A stretch of 64,000 nucleotides of DNA, taken from NCBI GenBank assembly GCA_964057225.1, contig OZ059897.1, positions 11,098,001-11,162,000 of the forward strand, read 5' to 3'. The translations under genes and the position numbers were made by a program. Numbering within the stretch: the stretch's first letter is position 1; the number at the start of each line of letters is the position of its first letter. The notes under the pieces are model-generated. The model made no database searches. It had not been told where the DNA came from and was given only the letters and a program-made list of their open reading frames with translations. This document shows positions 9,340 to 21,362 of this stretch, in pieces. The stretch comes from Auanema rhodensis (taxonomy: Eukaryota; Animalia; Nematoda).

Positions 9340-11035
9340 CAACAAATATGGTTTAAATTTCTCTATTTGATCATGAAGAGAGTTAATTTCACATGTTCCG
9401 TCACATGATCCTCTATGGCGACATCGTAAGATGCTGGATATGTTGGCGGTCGTCAGTCTGGTGAACTACCTGGTGTTCTTTCGGCAGATATGTTTCGTGT
9501 ATAGTTTAGTTATTTTGAATTGACCAATTTTATGATTAGAATGCGTTATGGTAACATATAGTTATTTTGTTTTGAATGTTGAACATGGACATCGGAACAA
9601 GAGCTGCTGCTTCCAATACATAAAGCCAAGATGATTGCCAGTAACGATGGTAAAGATGATTGCGACCCTCTAGTAATGATAGAGATTTTTGGTGGTTTTC
9701 TCGTATGGTTTAAAATGGGGGTAAATATGCTTTTGAGAGGTTTCATGTTCCACAATATTAACGTCTTGTGTGTTTGTTTGTTTTATTGGCAACGTATCAT
9801 TGCAGTCTTTTGTTCTTTTTTGATCAGTTTCATGATCTTCTTGTTCGGGGATTGTTTTATCTTTTAATTTCATGATGTTGAGCATGGTTTGAGTGTTTCT
9901 GGACCATGTCTTATATCTATATTGGCTCTAACCCATGCGGCATAGAAACTATGAGGGCCATAATGATTATTATCACTGTCTATGTTGCCAGTTCTGAGGA
10001 GCAATGAGGATTCGCTATAAGTTTTGTGGTAAACATGTTAGAACCCTTGCAACTATTGATTTCTTCGGCATATGTTGATGTAATTATAATCAATAAGGAA
10101 AGAGCTTTCATTATGTCAGCTGCTATTTTCGGGTTTATTTTATTTTATTTTTTTGGTGTGTGGCATAGGACATTTTTAGTGGGAAGGCTATTATATTGTC
10201 CTTCTCACTGACATTATCTTTCTCAAGTGATGTTTTTGGTTTTAACGATTTTCGAGCCTGTGTTTGACTTTTATTTTGACCATGTGTGATTTCCTCATTG
10301 TTTTCTTCTTCTGGAGTGTATGTATTGTCATGTTCAAAGTTATGTGATTCATATTCAATGTCTTGATTGGGTTTGCTATTATTTATATTATTATCCTTAT
10401 GTCTTTAATGTTCTATGGGTTCATGGGGATTCTGTTCGGGTATGCTTTCTATTGCAGTAGTGTTGTTCTGTATGTTGCATCTTATCTCCAAAGGATAGAG
10501 CTGATTGATGAAAATGAGAATTTTATGGCTGATGTTAAGAAATCAATTGGTCTTATGGGTAATGCATCTAAATTATCTGGATGTGGATGAGTAAGCGGAC
10601 GTTTATTAATTATGGCTTCTATTTTTACGATAGCTGTGTGTAAATCGTCAAGGTACATTTGATTAGGAACAAAGCATTTTTTGAGGGATGATTTGGTGAC
10701 ACCTACTAAGCGTTCCCAACAGCCTCCTTTCCAAGGAGAAAATGGAGTGTTGTATATCCATTTAATTTTTTGTTGTGATATTGTGTTTAGTGAGCTTTTT
10801 TCGTTGTAATCGATGTTTTTTCAAGGGTTTCTAATATTTTTGAGCTCAGGATACAGTTTCCTGCGCAGTCGCTGCGCATAATTTCTGGAGTACCTCTGCG
10901 TGATAGAAATCTGTTAAATACATTCATAAAAGCAATTGTGGATTGCTTGGTGACTACCTCTAGGTGGACCGCTTGAGTTGTCATGCAAGTAAATTGTTTA
11001 TTGTCTTTGTGTATTTTATTGATCAGTTTTTTATC
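9340..11035 (-). pseudogene. BEL/Pao family 1 fragment: integrase core through env N-terminal part
   Basis: FTCMTTQAVHLEVV...FLSRRGTP..RSD, TPFSPWKGGCWERLVG, QLYPLE; downstream signal/TM segments and LRCRHRGSCDGTC (Gc-like) near 9390-9430. Confidence 0.85.
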
Positions 11036-11039
11036 AAAA

Positions 11040-11260
11040 GATTGCTGCAGAGAGACCTTTATCAATCAGACGAGCAATAGCACTACGGTGTGGAGAAATT
11101 CTTGGCATTTTTCAAAGCGATTGAATTGAAACGACTATTATGTCTAATTATGTTAAGGACCTTCATAGCTAACACTCCCCAGGGGTTCATAATTTTTGAC
11201 ACTATATATGTCAATCAATCAAGCAATTGTAAAAAACGACACATACTTCTCACCAACCTG
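11040..11260 (-). mobile_element. 5' end of a maT-like element (TIR plus transposase start)
   Basis: TIR CAGGTTGGTGAGAAGTATGTGTCG at 11237-11260 followed by TA; ATG at 11108 gives MPRISPHRSAIARLIDKGLS, similar to the maT N-terminus MKPSVHRASIVHLFKQGL at 13558. Confidence 0.75.
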
Positions 11261-11476
11261 TATATAATATCACAATTCCACCATATTTGAAAATGAATTC
11301 AACAAACATTCAACAAGAATTCAACAAACTTGAAGAAACAATAGCTTAACTTTCAAAACGTATTGTATACATTTTTTTATCCACTACATCATGATTTTTT
11401 TCTCCAACTATCTTGAAAAGTGAATTAATTTATTTTGTTTTTGAACCAGGACGTTCAGTTTTTTAAGGTGGTGGGA

Positions 11477-11790
11477 TGTCACATCTGCAAGCACAGCAAC
11501 GAATTCTGATTTGAATGAATTTCATTTGGTTTATTAGTAGATGAATTAAAATATAATTGTCCAGTTATAATCATATCAATGTTTTCATGATTACATTTAG
11601 TATAACAAACTTCATTTATAATGTCACATCTGCAAGCACATGGTAAACATGTGGGAGCCTGAACAAGCCCCGCCTACAACATGGGACACACATGGCACTC
11701 TTGCTTCTGGCCTCACCCAGATAGGTTGTCTTATAGCCATGTGAGTCTCATCTCTATACCATCTATATATATTCTCTATTTAATACTCTA
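11477..11790 (+). repeat. Two adjacent BEL-type LTR fragments (type A 11477-11621, type B from 11622)
   Basis: Both start TGTCACATCTGCAAGCACA. Type A is preceded by purine-rich AAGGTGGTGGGA and matches 27528-27671; type B matches the repeat starting at 25758. Confidence 0.7.
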
Positions 11791-12528
11791 TTTTATATTT
11801 TCATATTCTTTCTTAATGTAATTCTTAAATTGTATTTTTTTGTTATCTGATAATGAATCCTTTCCTCTTTAATATTGATATTTGTAATTTTATTGTAAGG
11901 TGAACACTTGATCATGAATACATCTTTTGAACACTCGATCGGTATCCATGTTTTTTTAGATGACATACAAGAAAACAATGCTGATGCACCCTGCCCAAAG
12001 GAATAACAGCCCGAGAGACTTATCAATAGAGGACGACAAGGCATGTCATATGAAAACGTATTACTGTCATATAGTAGTTCAGAATCAATTGCAACTGTAG
12101 TTTCATCAACTTGGGTACGAAAAGTTAAGGATTTTTGTTGGAGGGTTTATAGATAGTTTCCGTATTTGCCATATACGGAGGTAAAATATGAGAAAAATGC
12201 GTAAAATTATGTTCTGGACATATACATCCAACAATCTCATTATTGATTTTGAAACAAATGCAATCGATAACCGTTGTACATCTTGAAAAATTGTCAGAAG
12301 TGTCTGCTTTCAAAGTACATTGTACCATAAATGGAAAATGTAGTTCAACAGCAAAGATTTGATTGTTCGAAGCAACAAAATAATAATTATTGAGTGGAGT
12401 AGGAGGTTTGTCCTGTGTATTGATCGTCATATTGAAAAAAGAGTAATCCATTTTCAAATTTGGTGGAATTGTGATATTATATACAGGTTGGTGAGAAGTA
12501 TGTATCTTATTAGTTATAGTTATATATA

Positions 12529-13712
12529 CAGGGTGGCCCATAAGTATTGAGACACATTCAAAAAGTCATAAATGAAACAAAAAATAACCAAATCTTAAAT
12601 AATTTACTAGTAATGTACATTGTTCATTTGTTCAACTATTTATCAAGAAATTGCTCAAAATGTCCTCCTTTTGCTTTCTTACAGGCTTCGAGTTTTGTTC
12701 GTACTGAGTGTACCGTGGCTTGCAGGTATTCCTCGTCTAGAGAGTCCCATGCTTTCTTCAAATCACGTTTGAGAGTTTCCAAGTTTTGGGAGGACTTAGC
12801 TGATAATTTGTGTTCCAACACACTCCATACTGAAAAATCCATAGGGTTCAGATCTGGCGAATTGCTGGGCCAGATATCTTTGCCCCAGAATCCTGGTAAA
12901 ATCCTCGAACAGAGCTCAATTGTGCTTTTTGCACCATGGGCTGGTGCCCAATCTTGCTGAAGGGTGATGCTACTGTCTGAATGTTGCTCTTGGGTCCACG
13001 GTAAAACCACTTCTTGTAGAATCTTCTCCTGATAGTATATGCACAGTACTTTTCTCCAGTGTGGAGCAATTGACGGCTGTTCTGTCGATTGGGCTTGGGC
13101 TCCACAGTAAAAATCTTCTCGTCTGTCCATAAAACGGCATCGATGCGAGCCCCTTCTAAATTCTGAAGTAAAACATTACATTTTTCAAGTCGATTTTTCT
13201 TCATTTGTTCTGTTAGCCTGTGTCCTCTTAGAATACGATAAGAATGAAAACCTAAATCTTTTTTTACGATCCGCTGAACGGTTGATCGAGATAATTCCAT
13301 CTGTGAAGCAATTTTATTCAGGCTTACACTATCGTTCTTAGCTATTCTGCATCTGATAGCTTTTCGTGTACGGGGAGTATTCACTGTTCTGGGTCTTCCA
13401 GGTTTTGATTTAACCTCAATGTGACCTTGATCTCTAAACTGTTTTAAAACTCTGTAAACAGAGCTTCGTGGTATTTGGAGATTTCTAACAATTTCCATCG
13501 GCTTGAGTCCCTGTTTGAAAAGATGAACGATGGAGGCACGATGTACTGAAGGCTTCATAACTTTTTCTAAATATAATCACAAAAGCTGTCAATGTGCTCA
13601 AAAAGTCTCCTTATATACCCGAGCCTAAAAGTTTTGTGAACATGTTTTTTTGACCTAGTTTTTTTTTTTAAAAATTATTTGAATTTTGTCTCAATACTTA
13701 TGGGCCACCCTG
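12529..13712 (-). mobile_element. Inner maT (DD37D) Tc1/mariner element
   Basis: Perfect 26-bp TIRs CAGGGTGGCCCATAAGTATTGAGACA; TA TSDs at 12527-12528 and 13713-13714. Confidence 0.93.
12636..13558 (-). pseudogene. maT transposase with an internal deletion/frameshift near 13040
   Basis: HTH N-terminus, WTDEK, QQDWAPAH, SPDLNPMD with 37 residues between the second and third D; the VMVW..I segment is missing. Confidence 0.9.
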
Positions 13713-13744
13713 TATATATAATATATATATTAGTTGTTTTCTTA

Positions 13745-14376
13745 AGCAAGGCCGCGTTTCAGACCTACTTTTTACAGATGAAAAAATGTTTACTCTTTAG
13801 CCTCTCCCAAACAGACAGAATTATTGACAACTGATGAAAATAGGTGGAAGAAGAAATTAGAACAGAATCATTGCTGAGAGATCTCTCTCCACCAAATCTT
13901 TGATGGTTTGGGGAGAAATCACATCAAAACTGAAGACACCGCCTGTTTTCATTAAAAGGAACGTCAAAATCAATGCGGCCGCGTATCAAAAAACTATATC
14001 AGAAGACGTTTTAGGACCATAGATGAGGAGCAACTTCAATAATCAGGAAATGATTTTTCAACAGGATTGGGCACCAGCTCATAGTGCCAAAACTACGATA
14101 GACTACTGTAAAACCCATTTCCCAGGGTTCTGGGGCAAAGATGCATGGCCTTCCTGTTCACCTGACCTTAACCCAATGGACTATTCAGTATGGGGACTGC
14201 TTCAATCCAAAATAGAGAAGCAACATTTTACTAGTTTGGATTCGTTGAAATCAGCTTTGATCAAAGCATGGGACGAAATAGATGAGGATTACCTGTGGTC
14301 AACTGTGAACAACTTCAAAAAGAGGATAGCAGCGGTAACTAAAGCAAAAGGAGCCCATTTTGAACACAATTTGTAA
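13745..14376 (+). pseudogene. Transposase remnant of the outer maT
   Basis: FTDEK..., LMVWGEI, FQQDWAPAH, SPDLNPMDY; in-frame stops upstream of 14023. Confidence 0.88.
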
Positions 14377-16749
14377 AAATTCTAAGTTAATAATAACTCT
14401 TTATGATAAAAACTCTTGATGCTAAAATATTGTTTTGTTTTTGAAATATTGAAATTTAAAGAGCGACACATACTTCTCTCCCCCCACCCTGTATATTATT
14501 ATCATTAACAATATGTATTGAATTTTCAAAAGTTGAAGATGTTGTCCAATCTTTACATTTAAATACTTCAATATGTCGTGCGAAGTAGGTACATGTTCTA
14601 ATTTGTAGAAAAGACAAAAGTTTTCCCAAAATGTTAAACAACGCCATATATGTGCTGAAGACCGTACACATTGGATTGTGTCGGATAATTATATGGTTCG
14701 AATTCAGAAATACGAGTTCGATGATTCATATTTTCACAAGTTTGATCACAAGCTCCTATATGAAGACATCGAAAATCAACGGTTAGTTTAGGCAAAGTAG
14801 CCTTTGTAAAAAATTTTGTAGTTTTCTTACATTCAAAACTTGTATATAATTTTCGAATTTTAATATAACCAATAAAATGATTTTTAAATGTATAGAAACC
14901 GAATGAATAACGTGATGATCGGTACAAGCAGAAGCATTATTAATCAGAAATATCGTAAGTATACAGAAAATTGATAATCGCGAACCATTTTTTTCAAAAT
15001 GGAGGATATAAGTTAGGTTCTATATGTGGAATATTCTCAAATGAAGTTGGAAAAGGTTCAAGAACACTTAATTCAGAATCAATTTGTTCCGGAGTAAGAG
15101 ATGTGTGAAAAAAGAAGATATGTAACGAATAGTATAAGACCAGGCAGATGCCAATGCTGATTTGAAATTCTTGCGCAAAGCGTATGTGATGTGATCCCGT
15201 AAAAGTAAGGTTTGAATTGATCGTTTTGATCAATGGTAGGCGAAATTATGGGTTGTTTTGTTTTACTAGTCGTTTTCTTTTGTAATTTCTCACGATTTTT
15301 GTCAGGCGTATGACCTGTGCCCCATAATTGTAACTCAGCCTCTTCCTCAAGAATCGGATTATGTATTTTAGATGTAGGTGTGTATTTTTTTTGAGAATTA
15401 TCAATATCTGCTGATTCAGGATATGAAACAATATCGTTTAATTCATGGATTGAGAATAAAGGCGAGGGTGATCGTATGAAACGTTTCTGTATTGGTAGAG
15501 TATTAAGGCGCGGAGTTTCCAGAACAAATTCTACCCTAGAAGATTATGAAGTTTTTTCGGAATGAGAAGACGAGACAAGCTGGTGACATATCAGGTAAAA
15601 CACACAAATTCAAAAAGATATAAATGATTTAAGGAACGTGATATGATGTTACCAGCTGGAGTGAGAACTTTAGCTGTTCGGATGAATCCATCAGAACTAC
15701 TTATAAGTTCTGTGATGCGACCAAGTGTCCATTGACCACGAGGTAAGTTATCGTTATGTATAACTACAATTTTGCCAATATTAGGTTTATTGGCATTTGC
15801 TGAAGGTTGTTTTCAAGAATGTTTGTAAATATCACTAATATATATCAAATATTCTGTTTGAAATTTATTCCAAAACATCGTAGCTGCATTAGAAGTAAGT
15901 TGTAAGGTTTATAATGCTTGTTCAACATTTTGTATTACAGGTATATCAATGGTATTATCATAAATTCGAGAACCACCATCATCCGGAAGTGGAAGAACCA
16001 GACCGGGCAAAATGAAATCAACTGGACGAATAGGTAAGTGATTGATATTATTTGGGTCTGGATGGATCAAAGATCTTGTATTAATAATTGCTTCAATTTT
16101 GACAATTAAAGTTAATAATTCATCAAATGTCAATTTATTTCGTTGTATTGGCTTTTTCATTGCATTCTTAATAATGCCAATCATTCTTTCCTAAGAACCT
16201 CCTTTCGATGGAGACTTAGGCGTGTTAAATAACCAATTTATGTTGTTTTTGGCTAGATGAACTACAATATCAGCTGGGGTATAGTAGTCAATACAATTTG
16301 ACTCATCGCGATATTATGGGTACACTCGGTATGAGTAATCAATTGTAATTGTGTAATTTTAGGTTCAGTAACTATTAATGTTACTGGTAGATGATTGAAA
16401 ATTGCTGGGTGTACTGTAGGTACTGTTTCTGGTTCAAAAACAAAATAAATTAATTCACTTTTTAAGATAGTTGGAGAGAAAAATCGTGGTGTAGTGGATG
16501 TGTTTTTGCGTCTATCAGCATTAAGCAAAGTATTGGAAAGATCAAGCAAATCATAAACACGGGGTTATGCTGTGAATCGGATAATTGCCTCAGAAGATGA
16601 TTCAAAAACAGCGAATTCGAAACAAGATTGAACGTGAGTGGATGTGGAATGGTTTTGGAGAACAAAAGCGCTTTCAATACAGTGAACTAGAAGAATATGA
16701 TCACCCAACATGGCGGAGAAGGGGCCAAGTATTAAGTAATACCAAGTAT

Positions 16750-17965
16750 TATTATCCTTATGTCTTTCATGTTCTATTGGTTCATGGGGATTCTGTTCGG
16801 GTATACTTTCTATTGGAGTAGTGTTGTTCTGTATGTTGCATCTTATCTCCAAAGGATAGAGCTGATTGATTGATTTGCTAATCATGTTTCCATTACTAGT
16901 TACTACTTTTGCGGAACGTATGTTGCCATCTGAACTAGTGATTGTTTCTATGATGCGCCCAAGCTTCCATGTTTCTCGTGGCAACATGTCATTTTGTATC
17001 AATACTATTTCATCCTCACGAGGAAAGAGATTTGTGTGATTTTTTCTCATGTTTTTATGTTTGAAAATGTTTTTTAAACTAGTAAGATATTCCTCCTGGA
17101 AACGTGTCCAGAATTTAGATGCTGTGTCTTCTGATAACTGAAAAGCTTTTAGCGCTTGTTCTGTTGATTTAATTGTTTGGATATCGCTGTGAATATCAAA
17201 TATATGAGTGTTATCATTGTTTTCAGGTAATGAAAACTTTATGGCTGATGTTAAAAAGTCAATTGGCCTTATGGGTAGAGTATCTAAATTATCTGGGTAT
17301 GGGTGGGTGAGTGGGCGTGTATTAATTATAGCTTCTATTTTTACAATAGCTGTGTGTAAATCGTCAAGGGACATTCGATTAGGAACAAAGCATTTTTTGA
17401 GGGATGATGACACCTACTAAACGTTCCCAACAGCCTCCTTTCCAAGGAGAAAATGGAGTGTTGTATATCCATTTAATTTTTTGTTGTGATATTGTGTTTA
17501 GTGAGCTTTTTTCGTTGTAATCGATGTTTTTTCAAGGGTTTCTAATATTTTTGAGCTCAGGATAAAGTTTCCTGCGCAGTCGCTGCGCATAATTTCTGGA
17601 GTACCTCTGATATGAATCTTTTGAGTTGTCATGCAATTAAATAGACAAATGTAGACCTTAGATCCATTTCGAAAGGTGAAGGGGCCCATGAGATCACACC
17701 CTGTAAAGAAAAAGGCAATCTTGAGAATCGCTCTGTTTTTAGGTAGCGATGGCATATCAGGTAATTCATAAGGGTGTGATTAAAAATTTTCACATGTCAC
17801 ACAGTTTTTCAATGTTTGTTTGATGACTCCGGTTATTTTTGGTATATAGAATTTTTGTCGCAATTGAATAAGCGTAAAATGTTTGCCTTGATGATTGTTA
17901 TCCTTGTGGATTTTGTTAATCAGTTTTCTGACTATAGAGTTTGTTCTCAAAAGGAATATGGGCTT
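16750..17965 (-). pseudogene. BEL/Pao family 1 integrase (second copy)
   Basis: H..NNH...C..C zinc finger, GCDLMGPF, KIEAIINTRPL, FWTRFQEEYL, WKLGRI, QLYPLE; paralogous to 10400-11035. Confidence 0.88.
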
Positions 17966-17969
17966 TTTC

Positions 17970-18600
17970 GTTACCTCGGGTAGAAGAGTGTTTGGGAAAG
18001 CAAACCCAACAGATCGCCTTTCCGCGATTAGGGTATCTTCTTTTTCTGGTGTATCAAATGTGATGCAATGATAAAAGCGATGTTCGGATGAATCGCAAAA
18101 AACACATGGCCAATTTAGGTTCTTCCCTTGTTCTGCAGTGCTTTCTTTATGTTGAACAGATGCGACACTTTTGTTCATGATTATTTCTTGTTTGTTCTTT
18201 AAGAATAAACGAATATATTTTGTGGTCTACAGCTTTGAGCATTTTTTCAGTAGAGTGATTGGATGAATGAGAATATCTTCAACGATGTGGTAAGGGAATT
18301 TGTTGAGGATCATAACGGTACACATTTCGCGGGATACAGTAGCTCCGGCTGCTTCAATTTGCCTGATAAGTGCCTTGATTTTCCCGAAAATTTCCTTACA
18401 AGATTTTGCATTATTTTTATTATTATATGTTTTTATATTATAAATTTTAAATTGCGTAGTTGTGCTAAGAGACAGTTCATATCAGAGGAATAATCTCCAA
18501 ATTCAGAAACTAATGCTTCTCGCTTGAGCTCATAGTTTTGGGTCAATTCCTTTCAATGTTCGAGTTCAATTCCTCTGATTGCAGTAGAGAACTGTGCAAA
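17970..18600 (-). pseudogene. BEL/Pao gag fragment
   Basis: CVFCDSSEHRFYHC zinc knuckle; joined to the integrase fragment by a deletion. Confidence 0.65.
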
Positions 18601-18622
18601 ATTTACTAAGGACGCTCCCAAA

Positions 18623-18736
18623 CAGCTGTCAAAAACATACTTTTCGGAGCGTCAGCTGCTAAAAACATACTTTCGGGGCATGTCAGCTGTCAAAAACATA
18701 TTTTTGAGTGTCAGCTGTTAAAATCATATTTTGGGT
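18623..18736 (+). repeat. Four ~28-31-bp tandem repeats (CAGCTGTCAAAAACATA...)
   Basis: Directly visible; each unit contains CAGCTG. Confidence 0.85.
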
Positions 18737-19142
18737 TCATAGCGCATGGATTTCTGAACAAATTCATGATTTTTTTTTAAAATTAGATTTTAATTTTCTT
18801 TTGTGTATGTGTATAATTATATTTTTAATCTTTTTTTAAAGATATCAAGTGAAAAAAATCTAAATTTTATTTGAATTTTAAATATTTAAATTTGTTTTTA
18901 CATTTTATATATTTCTTTATTTCATTTTCTTTCTTTCATTCATTTATTATATTTGTTTATTAATTATCATTGGTTAGGTTTTCGAATTTTTTCGAAAAAT
19001 TGAAAAAAATTAAAAATTATTTAAAATTAAGGAAATTTGAATATTTTAAAACAATATTATCTAAAAAAAAATTCAAAAAACAAACTTTTTTGTTTGAAAA
19101 ATTGATTTTTATTTTCCAACTTTTTTTTTGCTGTTTTTCGTT

Positions 19143-19421
19143 ATGGATTCTACTCATGCGCGCCATAGTTTTTTTTATCATTTTAATGAAGGAATATCTG
19201 CGAAAGCAGCCTTTAAAAAAATAAAAGCTGTTAATGGAGATTCATCTCCAAACTACAGCACTTGCAAAAGATGGTGTTCGCGTTTTAGAGCGGGCAAAAC
19301 TGATTTAAAAGATCGTCCAAGGTTGGGCGCTGGTAAGAAATTCAGCAACGCAGACCTTCAGAATGTTTTGGATGAGAATCCTGAAGCAACTCAGCTACAA
19401 ATAGGTATATATAAACAATAA
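19143..19421 (+). pseudogene. Mariner (Mos1-type) transposase N-terminal HTH fragment or exon
   Basis: RHSFFYHFNEGISA..A...I..V.G......TC.RW..RFRAG..DL.D.PR.G matches the mariner HTH pattern; possible GT donor at ~19405; no catalytic domain follows. Confidence 0.75.
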
Positions 19422-19789
19422 AATTTTTGCATGTATATAACACAAACGGTAAACAATAATGTTTAAAGAGATGTAAAAACTAATTAATATGCAGATTGTT
19501 TACAGGTTCGGAGTGCGCCAACTGCTGGCAACTGTCGATGAGATGAGTATTTCTGCATAAATATGCTGTAAAATCTAATAAATAAAAGAATTTCATCAGC
19601 AAACTTAATTGTAACACAATGGGTTGTACTTTACAAAAATCTTTGTATAAAAGGTTGGCAATTTTGCTACATTTACATTTCAGCTCTGCCAACTATCCGA
19701 GGATCCGACGTTTCACCATCTACTGTTACTCTTCGCCAATCGCCTAAGACTGCTCCTCTCTGCTAACCAGCTTTGCAAGTTTGTCTTAA

Positions 19790-20458
19790 TTTTTGAAAAG
19801 TTGGATCTTTAGCGGAAATAAAGCGTGTTGTACTTGCTGATGTGACAAATGTTGTACGCAAATCGCCAGAACCTGAAGTACCACGACCACCCACACCAGC
19901 TCCAAATTTCACAAGTTTTGGTATAAACCTTAATTTGTATTTTTTAAAGCTTTAATTTAGATTCACCAATAAAGCAGATGCAGATTTTTAGAGAGAACAC
20001 TCCACCAAAGAGTGTATTAATGAGACCAATTTGTCTTTGCAAAACTTGTAGGGAATCATTGCAGGTTAGAGTATCTGTTTTAGCCTCTGTATAAAGTGTA
20101 GAGTTAATGTAAGCTTGTATATATATTTATTTTCAATTTTATTATTTTTCAGGTGCGCTCTTATAATACCATGACGTGCAAGCAATTGTTGAACAATATA
20201 GGCTATATTGTTATATATGCTGATGAGGCTACTGTAAAGACTTTTGGTTATAAACAGAATGAATTCTACTTTACACTAAATCCAGAAGCACTTAACTTGA
20301 ACATGTTTATCCGCTTTGATCCTTCATTTAGACTACAACAAGCACAAATAATACAATTAGCATTTTATTCTTGTTTCGTTATGTGGCATTTTTATATTCT
20401 CAGCCGTAACATTTTTTTCCCAGCTTTTGCGATTATTCATCAATGGCTCATCATATGA
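19790..20458 (+). CDS. Spliced orphan gene (partial or pseudogene) next to the Maverick module
   Basis: GT-AG introns at 19921-19960 and 20065-20152 join three exons in frame: ...KRVVLADVTNVVRKSPEPEVPRPPTPAPNFTSF|DSPIK...CLCKTCRESLQ|VRSYNTMTC...; 5' part unclear. Confidence 0.55.
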
Positions 20459-20724
20459 CGACAAATGATCAACCAGCTGGTAAGAATTTGGAAATTTGAA
20501 TAATCAACATTTTTTAATTGGAGGTTGAATTGTTGTTGTTGTTTTGTATTTTGCTGGTTTTTCATTAATACATTATGCGATATATCAAATAAATCATTTA
20601 TTATTATTACAATTGTTTAAATTATTAGTGAAAAGTTATACATTTAAATTTTCTGCATCTATATTATATTGAATGTTCAAAAAGATTTATCTTATACACA
20701 TCATTTTTCCTTGTTCTATATTAA

Positions 20725-21357
20725 ATGTTTAAAAAGATTTATCTTATACACTACGTTTTTCCAATAGAGAATTTATTCTACACTCTATCGCTAACAATAC
20801 AAAGCATTCGAGCTGAGGAAAAAGCACGTATAAAGGGTTTAATAGATAAAGATGAATATGTAAAAAAGTGGTATAATAATCGCCAGGCTGAGGCTAAGCT
20901 AGTGAAGGAAATGCTCGCAGACGCCACATTTCAGTATAACAAAACATTGCAGCGCATAGAGTTTGTAACAAGCAAGCGACTATTAATGAATGCAACACTT
21001 GGTGATGATTTTGCATATTTTCCTGGTTTTGAAAATAAAAACATCAACGATACAATAATAGCCAGGCTCCCCATTGATTTTTCAAATAACATTAATACAA
21101 TGTATATATATTGTGATATTGTAGAATATTCCATTTTTGGTAATGTGAAAGCTAATTTACTTGCATGTTTACCTGTACCAGCTCCCACCGAATTTGGTAA
21201 AATGATTGCCAAAACATTTAATCCTATTCGTTATGCACCAATCACTAGACAAACACTCGATACCATACGTATTGAAATTTTAGATGAATTTGGTCGTCCT
21301 ATGCAATTTAATTATGGTTCTACAGTTGTTACATTGCATGTTGAAAATATGGAATAA
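20725..21357 (+). CDS. Maverick/Polinton minor capsid (penton-like) protein, 5'-truncated
   Basis: MYIYCDIVEYSIFGN..LL...F.P.RY.P....I.I.I.DE.G....F..G..VVTLH is the typical Polinton mCP C-terminus; the first ~25 aa look junction-derived. Confidence 0.85.
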   Translation: MFKKIYLIHYVFPIENLFYTLSLTIQSIRAEEKARIKGLIDKDEYVKKWYNNRQAEAKLVKEMLADATFQYNKTLQRIEFVTSKRLLMNATLGDDFAYFPGFENKNINDTIIARLPIDFSNNINTMYIYCDIVEYSIFGNVKANLLACLPVPAPTEFGKMIAKTFNPIRYAPITRQTLDTIRIEILDEFGRPMQFNYGSTVVTLHVENME

Positions 21358-21362
21358 ACGTT

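Larger units (their letters stand above)
12484..14491 (+). mobile_element. Outer, older maT (DD37D) element inserted at a TA in BEL env
   Basis: Imperfect TIRs CAGGTTGGTGAGAAGTATG (12484) and CATACTTCTCTCCCCCCACCCTG (to 14491), both flanked by TA; transposase 5' part deleted. Confidence 0.82.
11793..16260 (-). pseudogene. BEL/Pao family 2: integrase C-terminus and phlebovirus-Gc-like env, interrupted by maT elements
   Basis: KIEAIINTR..PIRPVDF, PRGQWTLGRI, FRCLHIGACDQTC, FEVFKCKDW-like and LSGCYSFGQGA motifs; paralogous to 27677-30421; env reading resumes across 12484-14491. Confidence 0.88.

Noticed and set aside
16565-18178. ORFs 16565-17413 and 17780-18178 as intact genes
   Set aside because: Chimeric frames running through deletion junctions (integrase into unrelated insert; gag into integrase)
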